A stretch of 48,672 nucleotides of DNA, taken from Limisphaerales bacterium (lineage in GTDB: Bacteria; Patescibacteriota; Microgenomatia; UBA1400; PJMF01). The notes under the pieces are model-generated. The model saw nothing but the letters and a program-made list of their open reading frames with translations. It was not told the DNA's origin and did not search any database. A program made the translations under genes and the position numbers. Where the stretch lies: the NCBI GenBank assembly GCA_044350895.1, contig JBILGT010000005.1, positions 1-48,672 on the forward strand, written 5' to 3'. Shown here piece after piece: positions 9,741 to 18,291 of the stretch (position 1 is the first letter of the stretch; the number at the start of each line of letters is the position of its first letter).

Positions 9741-11204
9741 TTAAATCTTTTTCCAGATAGTATAGTTACCCGAACGTTTGACTGGTAAATAATTTTTTAT
9801 AATAAACTGAGCGATTAAATCTTTTTCTAGTGTTACATCCACATCAGTCAAAATATATTGTACGTTTTTATTTTGCAAATCTGCAGTTACTTCTGCTTCA
9901 GTAGCTGAACTTAAAACACCAGTGTGTAAGTAGTCGAAACGTGTGGGGTTATTTTTAAGAGTAAGTACGTTGAATGTTGATGCAAAACTATAGGTAAAAA
10001 GGTATTTTTCATGTGGTGCGTTTTTAGTAAAAAACTGCAAAATTTCTTGTACTTCAAGTGTTGTGCTTGTATCAGAACTAATTAGTATTTGTGGATTACT
10101 ATTAAAATAATTTTGAGTAATAAGTGGTGGGTCCCAGCGGTAGTAGTTTTGGAAAAGTGAACTATATATTCCAAAGATAAATAAAGTGAGTAGAAAAAAA
10201 TTACTAATTTTTTGTAATTGTTTTTTTAATTGTGAACAAAAATAAATGAGTGGGAAACTAGCAAAGGCTAGTAGTGGTGTAAGGTGTACATAATCTGTGG
10301 TTGGGCGAATACTCAGGCCGTAATATGATACCGATAGAATTGAGTAGTAGAGAAGCGTTTTATTATTTTTATACCAAGCAACGACTCCAGCTAGAACAGA
10401 TATAAAAAATGGCAGTGTGTATAAAAATATTTTTAAGAATTGATGGAGTACAGGTGCAGGATACTGCCATGGCAAGATTGAGCGAAATGCTCCACCTAAA
10501 AGAATTCTTTCAAAAAGTAGAAAGCGCATGTCATTATAATATGCAGTGAATGAACCTGTTACAAAAAAGTAACTGGCTTGGATGCATCCCACAGCAAGTA
10601 AACCAAGAAACATTTTCCCAAACAGTTGAAGTTTATTGGGTTGTTGTAAAAGTAATAGGAAAATACAGTTTGAGAGAATAATTGCTACACCGAAATTCTG
10701 TTTGAATACCAATGTAAGGCCAGCAAAGACACCTACCCAAAAAAGGTCTTCTAACTTTTTTGTCTCAAAATAGTTGGACCAAAAATATACACTAATCACT
10801 CCAGTAGTAAGGCACAACATGACTGGCCAAACAAAATTGATATGACCTGCCCCCCAAAATATGTACAGACCAAGTAGCAGGAGTTGCAGAAAATGTGTAA
10901 ATCGATTTCTTTGCGAAAGTTTATACAGAACCACAGAACCAATAACAGTATTAATTACTGCAACAAGTCTGGAGGTGAGTACTGAAATACCAAGAAGTTT
11001 AAATGCAATAGCATTAAGATATGCAACACCAGGATGATAGACAAATTGAAAGTCCTTGTAGACGACTTCTCCCTGAGCCAAGCGTGACCCAGCTTGTAAA
11101 ATCCACCCTTCATCTGATAACGGGAACCCTCGAGTATGTAGTAGTAATGCTATAAAAAGTACACTACCAAGTACAAAACCTTCAAAAAATGAAATGGCTT
11201 TCAT
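9741..11204 (-). CDS. Polytopic membrane protein, GT-C-like (ArnT/PMT-type) glycosyltransferase candidate
   Basis: 487-aa ORF with more than 10 predicted helices followed by a soluble C-terminal domain, at the edge of the glycan locus. Confidence 0.5.
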   Translation of the reverse strand: MKAISFFEGFVLGSVLFIALLLHTRGFPLSDEGWILQAGSRLAQGEVVYKDFQFVYHPGVAYLNAIAFKLLGISVLTSRLVAVINTVIGSVVLYKLSQRNRFTHFLQLLLLGLYIFWGAGHINFVWPVMLCLTTGVISVYFWSNYFETKKLEDLFWVGVFAGLTLVFKQNFGVAIILSNCIFLLLLQQPNKLQLFGKMFLGLLAVGCIQASYFFVTGSFTAYYNDMRFLLFERILLGGAFRSILPWQYPAPVLHQFLKIFLYTLPFFISVLAGVVAWYKNNKTLLYYSILSVSYYGLSIRPTTDYVHLTPLLAFASFPLIYFCSQLKKQLQKISNFFLLTLFIFGIYSSLFQNYYRWDPPLITQNYFNSNPQILISSDTSTTLEVQEILQFFTKNAPHEKYLFTYSFASTFNVLTLKNNPTRFDYLHTGVLSSATEAEVTADLQNKNVQYILTDVDVTLEKDLIAQFIIKNYLPVKRSGNYTIWKKI

Positions 11205-11225
11205 GATGATTTATTTTACTTGAGG

Positions 11226-11309
11226 CGGAAGGGGAGGGATTCGAACCCACGAGACCTGAAAGGTCACAGTTTTCAAGACTGTTGCGATGGACCACTCTGC
11301 CACCCTTCC
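11226..11309 (-). tRNA. tRNA-Ser (anticodon UGA)
   Basis: In reverse complement: acceptor GGAAGGG/CCCTTCC, anticodon stem ACAGT/ACTGT with loop CTTGAAA, a long variable arm and a TTCGAAT T-loop. Confidence 0.8.
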
Positions 11310-11381
11310 TTTTTAGACGTCTTATTGTACCATCTAAACGCTATTGTTTCAGTCGAGTCTTCTGTTGTATAGTGTGTTGGT

Positions 11382-12101
11382 ATGGATAGTTCGCAAAATA
11401 ATCAGTCAAATGGTCTGCTTGGAGAATCTGAAAAGGTACGCCTTCAAGGTGAAGTTCCAGTAGCACCGCCTGAAAATTTCACCCCACCAAACCAGGCAAC
11501 GCAGCCCGTTGAACCATCGCAGCCAACTGAACAAGCAAATCAAGATGTTCCACCAGGTGCAGAAGATCAACAAGCTGAAGATGACTATAGAAGATATCTT
11601 GCCCAGAGTAGTTTCCAAAAAGAAGAGGTTTTGTTTGAATGGAAAGCACCTAGCAGACCTTTTAAACGCCAAACACGACAGTTTTACTCCACTGTCGGTA
11701 TGATTGCCCTATTGATAGGTTTAATTTTGTTCTTTGCTGGTCAAGTTATTCCTGTTGCAGTTGTTTTCGCCGTCGTTTTTTTAGCATATGTGATGTACTC
11801 AATTCCCCCAGGTATAGTAGTACACAAACTCACGACATATGGCATCAGAGTGGAAGATACGTTGTACTACTGGGAAGAGATGTCTCAGTTTTGGTTTACT
11901 GAAAAATATGGACAACCATTGCTCCATGTTGGAATTGATAGATTCCCATTTAGATTAACACTGTTATTAGGAACAGTTGCGAAGGATAAAATGGAGTACT
12001 TACTTGATGCAATGCTACCTCAAGAAGTCCCGCCACTTACTGCTTATGAAAAGGCTGCAAAATGGCTCAATGACAAGATTCCTATCGATTTGGAATCGTA
12101 A
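11382..12101 (+). CDS. Hypothetical membrane protein with a Pro/Gln/Glu-rich N-terminus
   Basis: 239-aa ORF with a low-complexity first ~75 aa, then two hydrophobic helices and a globular C-terminus. I recognised no family. Confidence 0.5.
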   Translation: MDSSQNNQSNGLLGESEKVRLQGEVPVAPPENFTPPNQATQPVEPSQPTEQANQDVPPGAEDQQAEDDYRRYLAQSSFQKEEVLFEWKAPSRPFKRQTRQFYSTVGMIALLIGLILFFAGQVIPVAVVFAVVFLAYVMYSIPPGIVVHKLTTYGIRVEDTLYYWEEMSQFWFTEKYGQPLLHVGIDRFPFRLTLLLGTVAKDKMEYLLDAMLPQEVPPLTAYEKAAKWLNDKIPIDLES

Positions 12102-12123
12102 GGCTCGATATTAGCGATTTTTT

Positions 12124-12132
12124 TGGTACAAT
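12124..12132 (+). promoter_or_regulatory. Candidate extended -10 promoter element (TGgTACAAT) for tRNA-Arg
   Basis: The sequence TGGTACAAT lies about 28 nt upstream of the mature tRNA 5' end, in an AT-rich context. Confidence 0.3.
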
Positions 12133-12159
12133 ACAGGTTTGTAACCGCAATAGCCGTGA

Positions 12160-12231
12160 GCACCCATAGTTCAACGGATAGAATGAAGGATTGCGGATCC
12201 TTAGATCTAGGTTCGATTCCTAGTGGGTGCA
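12160..12231 (+). tRNA. tRNA-Arg (anticodon GCG)
   Basis: Acceptor GCACCCA/TGGGTGC, anticodon stem AAGGA/TCCTT with loop TTGCGGA, and T-arm CTAGG-TTCGATT-CCTAG. Confidence 0.8.
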
Positions 12232-12238
12232 CTCAACT

Positions 12239-13171
12239 ATGAAACGCGTACTAACTGCCCTAGTAATCGTCTATACATTTTCTTTGCTTGGAGAACTTGG
12301 AAGCTTGTGGTGGGTTTTTGATCTAGGTTCTCACTGGCGCGTTCACTATATTATCTCTGGTCTCATTCTCGTCTTATTCTATTTACTCCTTAAAAAACGT
12401 ACCCTTGCAGCTGTAGCCGGCATTGTGGCTGGTATTCACTTGATGATTATTTCACCGTACTTACAATTGACTGGGGGCAAAAATTCTACCTTGGAACTTG
12501 CTGAATCTGAACCTACGATGAAGGTTGCATTTGTAAACTCATACTGGATGCAGCCAGATATGACTCAGCTTATTGCTGCTATAAAGGAAATGCAGCCAGA
12601 TGTAGTCTTTCTTGAAGAACTGCAGCCCGATCAATATGAAGCGGTGAAAGCTGGGCTGCCAGAATATCCATTCTCATATCATGAATCAGTGTCCTATGCC
12701 TTTGACATGGGAGTTTTTAGTCGAATTCCCGTTGATGCAGTTAAACCTCATTACTTTGTCCCCAATGTTCCAACACTTGAAGTGAGTGTCACACTCGGTG
12801 ATAAAACTACTAAGTTGATTGGTGTACACCCATATTCGCCAGTCTCACAGGAATTTACACAGAAGAGAAATGAGTTGCTTGTTGAACTTTTTGACTATAC
12901 CAACAAACAAACTGACACGACGGTGATGGGTGGAGATTTTAATATTACTCAGTTCTCACCAGTTTTTCGTGAAGTCACAAAGAATGCACGACTTATTGAT
13001 ACACAAAAACAGTTTCCCCTTGAAAATACCTGGCCAACACATGTTCCTAAATTTCTTGCTATCCCAATTGACCAAGTTTTCGTGAGTCCTGATGTAAAAG
13101 TTTTGGAGCGATATCGTGGACCAAATACTGGTTCAGACCACTGGCCGCTAGTTGTTAAGGTGGCTTTATAA
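12239..13171 (+). CDS. Endonuclease/exonuclease/phosphatase (EEP) family protein with N-terminal membrane anchor
   Basis: ORF 12227..13171. I used the ATG at 12239 because the GTG at 12227 lies inside the tRNA. Features are N-terminal helices, 'GGDFN' and the C-terminal 'GSDHWPLV'. Confidence 0.75.
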   Translation: MKRVLTALVIVYTFSLLGELGSLWWVFDLGSHWRVHYIISGLILVLFYLLLKKRTLAAVAGIVAGIHLMIISPYLQLTGGKNSTLELAESEPTMKVAFVNSYWMQPDMTQLIAAIKEMQPDVVFLEELQPDQYEAVKAGLPEYPFSYHESVSYAFDMGVFSRIPVDAVKPHYFVPNVPTLEVSVTLGDKTTKLIGVHPYSPVSQEFTQKRNELLVELFDYTNKQTDTTVMGGDFNITQFSPVFREVTKNARLIDTQKQFPLENTWPTHVPKFLAIPIDQVFVSPDVKVLERYRGPNTGSDHWPLVVKVAL

Positions 13172-13179
13172 TTATTTAA

Positions 13180-13206
13180 TTACAAAATCAAGTAATCTGA
13201 TATAGT
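13180..13206 (+). promoter_or_regulatory. Candidate promoter for tRNA-Ser(CGA)
   Basis: TTACAA, a 15-nt spacer, then TATAGT preceded by TGa (extended -10). The -10 element ends about 10 nt before the tRNA 5' end. Confidence 0.3.
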
Positions 13207-13216
13207 ATCCAGAAGT

Positions 13217-13304
13217 GGAGAGGTGCCTAGAGTGGCTTATTGGTCAGGTCTCGAAAACCTTGAGGTCCTTTTGGGCCGCGCGGGTTCGAATCCCGCCCTC
13301 TCCG
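13217..13304 (+). tRNA. tRNA-Ser (anticodon CGA)
   Basis: Acceptor GGAGAGG/CCTCTCC, anticodon loop CTCGAAA, a long variable arm and T-arm GCGGG-TTCGAAT-CCCGC. Confidence 0.85.
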
Positions 13305-13421
13305 CACCGGTCAGCAATCATGCCTTAGGCATGAATTGATGGGCGGTATGATTGGAGGGATGTCCAGTGCCCGATCAAGCGAACACCTTCAGTAAATAAA
13401 TGTGTGAGCATGACGAGGGTA

Positions 13422-13438
13422 AATCCCGCCCTCTCCGC
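13422..13438 (+). repeat. Exact 17-bp duplicate of the tRNA-Ser(CGA) 3' end (AATCCCGCCCTCTCCGC)
   Basis: Identical to 13289..13305 inside the tRNA and located 133 bp downstream in direct orientation. Confidence 0.9.
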
Positions 13439-13560
13439 CTGACGGGATACCCAATTAATAGCTAAAAGCATTGATAAATCATCACAATTTTTATCTTATA
13501 ATTACACTTTTGACAACCTAAAAAATTATCTTTGAAATTTAACTTTCCGCCTGGAAAATA

Positions 13561-13583
13561 GTTCGAATTCCACCACCATCCCC
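13561..13583 (+). repeat. Degenerate third copy of a tRNA T-arm/acceptor 3' segment
   Basis: GTTCGAATTCCACCACCATCCCC compared with GTTCGAATCCCGCCCTCTCCGC in the tRNA. GTTCGAAT and several C positions are conserved. Confidence 0.4.
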
Positions 13584-13608
13584 AAATATTTAGTGTAGAC
13601 TAAATTAT

Positions 13609-14328
13609 ATGTCTAATCTAATAGATGTCCCTCAAGCTTCACACGAAACTCAAAATTTAGAGAAACTCTACGCCCAACTTCATGATAAAAAAGCTCAATT
13701 TACGCAAATAGCAAAAACTTTAAATTCAATCTTAGAAAGAGTTGGCAATGAAGAAGATTGCTTTTGGATCTCTCACGCATGGGCAGAAAGTCTTGTTACA
13801 GGAAAAACAGTTAGTAAGAAGAATTTTCCGTACGGTTCGATGATGGAGATTCGACATGATGCTCTTTGGCGAAAAGACCAGGAAGGTTATAAAGGGGCTC
13901 ATGTAAGTCTAGGGGCAGAATCATACATGATTACAATAAGAACCCAAGGACAACACGGTAATTTGCCTGCACGTGAGTATCACAATCTTACTTTTATAGA
14001 AGATATTGATGCATTGCAGCAATTTTGTGAAGGATTACCCAATGGCTCTTTAGGAATGGTATTGTTAGGATATGAAGGTACAAGAAATGGTCATGCATTA
14101 TTAGTATGTAAGATAAACGGGAATGTTGTCTTTATTGATAATTCTGTAGAACCAGGCCCTTGGATAAAAAACATAGATGAGTTTAAAAAATATAGTGGTA
14201 GTACACATTGTCACATATATCTCTACCCAGAAAGAATATTCAGTTTTCCTGATCAAAAAGAAGAAGTTATAACTGAAGAAACTAAACCATTTGCGAGATT
14301 TTCAAAATTTCTAAAAGCTTTTGGATAA
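13609..14328 (+). CDS. Hypothetical protein, possible papain-like Cys-His-Asp fold (toxin/deamidase-like)
   Basis: 239-aa ORF with no signal peptide. A candidate catalytic Cys lies in 'EEDCFWISHAW', and a His-Asp pair lies about 110 aa later in 'NGHALLVCKINGNVVFIDNS'. Confidence 0.5.
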   Translation: MSNLIDVPQASHETQNLEKLYAQLHDKKAQFTQIAKTLNSILERVGNEEDCFWISHAWAESLVTGKTVSKKNFPYGSMMEIRHDALWRKDQEGYKGAHVSLGAESYMITIRTQGQHGNLPAREYHNLTFIEDIDALQQFCEGLPNGSLGMVLLGYEGTRNGHALLVCKINGNVVFIDNSVEPGPWIKNIDEFKKYSGSTHCHIYLYPERIFSFPDQKEEVITEETKPFARFSKFLKAFG

Positions 14329-14518
14329 GTTATTATTTCTTCCATTTATACCGAATAATAAAAAATAGGTTCTAACATTTGTATACTAATCCCAATCTGG
14401 TGAGAGTTTATCACTACTTTCCTCAGAAGCTCGATACATTTGCATTAAATTAAAAAATAAGCTAGCTAGGGTTCGGCGTAATTTGCACCAGCCCCGCTCA
14501 CAATAAAATGCTACTACC

Positions 14519-16066
14519 TTAAATGGGTTGTCTAATCTCAATGATAAAGTCATGCAACTCTTTTATCTCGATAACACTCGTCGTAACATTTTGTTGTTGG
14601 TAAAATAGCTCCCGACCTCCAGAATCAATTACTAAATAATTAGGTTTTAGTACATAGTGGAAAATAGCAGGATGATCAGTTTTTTGTAGTACCCAATCAC
14701 CACCAAATTCACCTTCAGTTGCAAGTCCATACCACTGGGGCAAGGGAACATTCTCCCTCCTAGAATATTGTTCAAAAACAGATGCCCATTCAGTTCTAGA
14801 ACCATACGGTGCATCTAATACTGAGATACTAATCATTGAATCATCAGGAGCTAATTCATATACCATTGCTGCGATTTCTATTTTCTCCTTATATGTACTT
14901 GCACTTTTCTTCCAGAAAGCATGCTTCTCAAATGGTGCAAAGTTAATAGTAGCTATATAGAGTTGTTTGAATTGAAGGATGGAAAAAGTTAACAGTAGGA
15001 AGAAAATTAGATATCTGTGAGTCTTAATATGAAAATTAATGACGAATCCTGCTAATAGGATCATTGCAATGCCAATTCCTATGTCCAAAAAAATAGCATT
15101 TACATCTTCAACAAATAAGACAGAGTGTGAGCTCAGCCATAAAAGTATGAAGGCTAGAGGGCGGCCATTTTTTTTTGTAGTTACACATAACCAAATACTG
15201 TAAGCAACTAAACCTATTAATAGAATTAGAGATGCTGTCTCAGGTAGTCCAAAGACGGCATGTTTAGCAGTTAAACCCATATGGTTAAAGTACTTTTTAA
15301 GTACTTCATCCCAAGGTAAGTGATATGTGTTTGAAGTAAGCACATCGGTGAATAAGGCTTTGGTTGCTCTAAAGTTAAACTTAAATTCAGAGAGTACTAA
15401 TGGAGCGATACCCAATAAAAAACCTGATAAATATAATGCATAATTTTGTATTTTTGATTTTGTTCCGATTAAGGCTAAGAGTATAAATATATTTAGGTAG
15501 CTTAAAAATATTTGGCATTGTGTTGCTAAACCTAATGCTAACCCTAAAAAAAAATCAACCGCTGCATTATTGAATTTCTTCCAAAAAAAATAGTAAAACC
15601 AGGCCAAGAATGGAATACTTGCAGAAGGATTGAGTAACCATCTTGAATACTCAACTTGCTCATACGAGACGACAAATAAAAATAGTACACAATAAGTGGT
15701 GAAGTTATTTTTAAATAACTCCTTACTTAATAAATATAACGGTACGAGTGTAGACAAGTTAAGAATGATCATTGCTATCACTGGCAAATTTGGGTCACCT
15801 CTGGAAAGAAAGTAAAATGGAGCTAAGAAGTAGTAATATAGTGGCCCGTGATAGATAACTGTTCTTTCAGATTTGGGACCGAGTAAAATAATATTTTTTT
15901 CTTCAATAATGGATCTTATTGTGTAAGAATCTCTTGCGGTATCAATATCGTTCCAAATAAAGTTATCTTTACCTGGATATAATCGTAAAAAAAATCCAAG
16001 TATGATCGCGCCGAAAATAATTAACAAGAAATGAAGTTTGTTATTTAAAAATATGGATTGATTCAT
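14519..16066 (-). CDS. Polytopic membrane protein, second GT-C-like (ArnT/PMT-type) candidate
   Basis: ORF 14519..16126. The likely start is the ATG at 16066 ('MNQSIFL'). It has more than 10 helices and a soluble C-terminal domain of about 130 aa. Confidence 0.5.
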   Translation of the reverse strand: MNQSIFLNNKLHFLLIIFGAIILGFFLRLYPGKDNFIWNDIDTARDSYTIRSIIEEKNIILLGPKSERTVIYHGPLYYYFLAPFYFLSRGDPNLPVIAMIILNLSTLVPLYLLSKELFKNNFTTYCVLFLFVVSYEQVEYSRWLLNPSASIPFLAWFYYFFWKKFNNAAVDFFLGLALGLATQCQIFLSYLNIFILLALIGTKSKIQNYALYLSGFLLGIAPLVLSEFKFNFRATKALFTDVLTSNTYHLPWDEVLKKYFNHMGLTAKHAVFGLPETASLILLIGLVAYSIWLCVTTKKNGRPLAFILLWLSSHSVLFVEDVNAIFLDIGIGIAMILLAGFVINFHIKTHRYLIFFLLLTFSILQFKQLYIATINFAPFEKHAFWKKSASTYKEKIEIAAMVYELAPDDSMISISVLDAPYGSRTEWASVFEQYSRRENVPLPQWYGLATEGEFGGDWVLQKTDHPAIFHYVLKPNYLVIDSGGRELFYQQQNVTTSVIEIKELHDFIIEIRQPI

Positions 16067-16639
16067 GATTGTTCTACGTTTAATTATAGCTGAAGTATAT
16101 GTAATCTTGTGTGGGAAAAGCAACATATGAAGAGATTTTGAGAAAGTTTACAGCATTCTAAGGTTCTTGTTTTCTAATTTTTATTTTTGAAGACCACTGA
16201 AGATTGGTGTAAATATTCTGACTCTTTTTACAGGGGTGATCTATCGATATTTGAACTTGAAAACTATGAAATTGGAATTAGTCAAAAAATCAGTTTAGAT
16301 GAGAAAGTTATCAAACTTAAAGAAGTCGTCTCTATTATTAAAAAACTATCTCAGCTCAACAAATAAGGAGTTCTGATTTTTGTCCCTTAGCAATCATTGC
16401 AGAACCAAATGGAACTCGATGACATTCACCATGTCTGCGAAACAGCTGCTGATGTACAAAGAATAGTACGTACTACCCAACATCTTAATCCAGGCTTCCC
16501 TAAAGTTATCTCACAACAGTCTGTGGAAGCACTGCACACTGTTACTTCTGACTAGAGTAACTATCCAATCATCGTAGTTGGACAGATCCTCAAAAAATGT
16601 ATAGTATATGGGTGATACTAAGTGCGGCACAGGATTTTT

Positions 16640-17371
16640 ATGCAAACAATGATCGAAAACCTTCTACAGTGGTTAACAAACTTATCTACAGCGATAAGTT
16701 TAGAATTTTTTGTATTACTGGGATCATTCCTTGAAGAAATTATTGCGCCAATCCCTTCACCATTTGTGATGACCCAAGCGGCCATACTGGCAAAAGTCCA
16801 AAATTACTCTATGTTTAATTTGGCAGTGATTGTTGTAATTGCTGCACTCGCTAAAACTGCTTCAAGTTATCTTTTATATTTTATTACTGATAAAGCTGAA
16901 GATATTGTTATTGGAAAATTTGGTAAATATTTTGGAGTGAGTCACACTGAGATTGAAAAGATTGGAAAATGGCTTACAAACTCATGGTGGGATGATGTGC
17001 TTTTGTTTTTGGCACGTGCGTTGCCGTTTGTTCCAACGTCATTAGTTACAGTGGCTGCTGGTGTTATTAAATATGATCTTAAATCATTTTTACTGATGAC
17101 ATTCCTCGGTAGTGTAGTTCGTAATATTTTTTATTTGTGGGTGGGATATTATGGAGTTACTTATTTTGACACATGGAAAGATGCAGTTCTCAACAGCCCA
17201 ATAACGCTGATTATCGGCATACTGGTTGTAGTTGCTGGTTTATATGCTGCACTTAAACTTAAAGATAAATTATGGAATAGTATCATGGATAAAAACCACA
17301 CTGACCATTCCAAAAACTCTGAACACTCAAAAAAAAGAAAGACCCCACATGATCCCTCCACTCACGCTTAA
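16640..17371 (+). CDS. DedA/VTT-domain membrane protein
   Basis: ORF 16622..17371 with an ATG at 16640. Features are 'GSFLEEIIAPIPSPFV' and 'LARALPFVP...AAGV', plus a basic, His-rich C-terminal tail. Confidence 0.75.
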   Translation: MQTMIENLLQWLTNLSTAISLEFFVLLGSFLEEIIAPIPSPFVMTQAAILAKVQNYSMFNLAVIVVIAALAKTASSYLLYFITDKAEDIVIGKFGKYFGVSHTEIEKIGKWLTNSWWDDVLLFLARALPFVPTSLVTVAAGVIKYDLKSFLLMTFLGSVVRNIFYLWVGYYGVTYFDTWKDAVLNSPITLIIGILVVVAGLYAALKLKDKLWNSIMDKNHTDHSKNSEHSKKRKTPHDPSTHA

Positions 17372-18275
17372 TAATTCTTTAACGGTTCCTTGTTTGGGAC
17401 TCGGTACATGGAATTCACCAGCAGGTGAAGTTGCTACTGCTGTGAAGTTTGCACTTACCAAAGCAAACTATCGTCATATTGATTGTGCTGCAATTTATTT
17501 GAATGAAAAAGAAATTGGAACTGCATTTGCTGAAGTTTTTGAAGAAGGCAAAATTAAACGTTCTGATGTATTTATTACAAGTAAGTTGTGGAACACCGAT
17601 CATCATCCGGACATGGTGGAAGCTGCGTGCAGACAAACGCTTGATGATCTACAACTGGAATATCTTGATTTGTATTTAATTCACTGGGGAATACCATTCG
17701 CGCATGGAGAAGATTTAGAACCACTCGGTGATGATGGAGTAGTGCGGATGCAAAAAATTCCACTGTATGAAACATGGCGCGCAATGGAACAACTTTTGGA
17801 AAAAGGATTGGTAAAATCTATTGGTGTGGCGAACTTTACGACAATGATGATGACTGATCTTCTGGCATATGCACACATCAAGCCCGTGATGAATCAAATT
17901 GAACTGCATCCATACAATGCACAAACTGAACTAGTAGATTTTTGTATACACCAAAATGTTGCAGTAACAGCATATTCACCGCTTGGTAGTCCCGGTGGAG
18001 CAAAAGAAAATGATCCAATTATCCTCAAAGATCCCGTAATTAAAAAAATAGCAAACACACATAAAAAGTCTACTGCTCAAGTTTTAATCAGATGGGCACT
18101 TCAGCGAGGCACAATTCCAATTCCAAAAAGTACTACACAAGAACGTATCACTGAGAATGCCGCAGTATTTGATTTTGAACTCAGTCCTGCTGAAATGGAG
18201 CACATCGCTGCACTGAATATAAATCACCGTTTTGTTGATCCTATTAAGTGGTGGGGTGTTCCATATTTTAGTTAA
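17349..18275 (+). CDS. Aldo/keto reductase (aldose-reductase-like, AKR1-type loop)
   Basis: ORF 17232..18275. The start 'MIPPLTLNN' at 17349 overlaps the DedA gene by 23 nt. Motifs are 'GLGTW', 'HIDCAAIY', 'LIHW', 'AYSPLGS' and 'IPKS'. Confidence 0.85.
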   Translation: MIPPLTLNNSLTVPCLGLGTWNSPAGEVATAVKFALTKANYRHIDCAAIYLNEKEIGTAFAEVFEEGKIKRSDVFITSKLWNTDHHPDMVEAACRQTLDDLQLEYLDLYLIHWGIPFAHGEDLEPLGDDGVVRMQKIPLYETWRAMEQLLEKGLVKSIGVANFTTMMMTDLLAYAHIKPVMNQIELHPYNAQTELVDFCIHQNVAVTAYSPLGSPGGAKENDPIILKDPVIKKIANTHKKSTAQVLIRWALQRGTIPIPKSTTQERITENAAVFDFELSPAEMEHIAALNINHRFVDPIKWWGVPYFS

Positions 18276-18291
18276 TTAAAGTAAACACACA

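Noticed and set aside
12044-12232. A 62-aa minus-strand ORF ('MHPLGIEPRSKDP...').
   Set aside because: It is the antisense read-through of tRNA-Arg. The 'GIEPR' peptide is the typical translation artefact of a tRNA T-arm.
14465-14490. A tRNA-like fragment, GCTAGGGTTCGGCGTAATTTGCACCA, ending in CCA, considered as another att or tRNA remnant.
   Set aside because: Counting back from the CCA, the GGTTCG does not fall in the T-loop register. No complementary acceptor or T-stem can be drawn, so the resemblance is probably chance.
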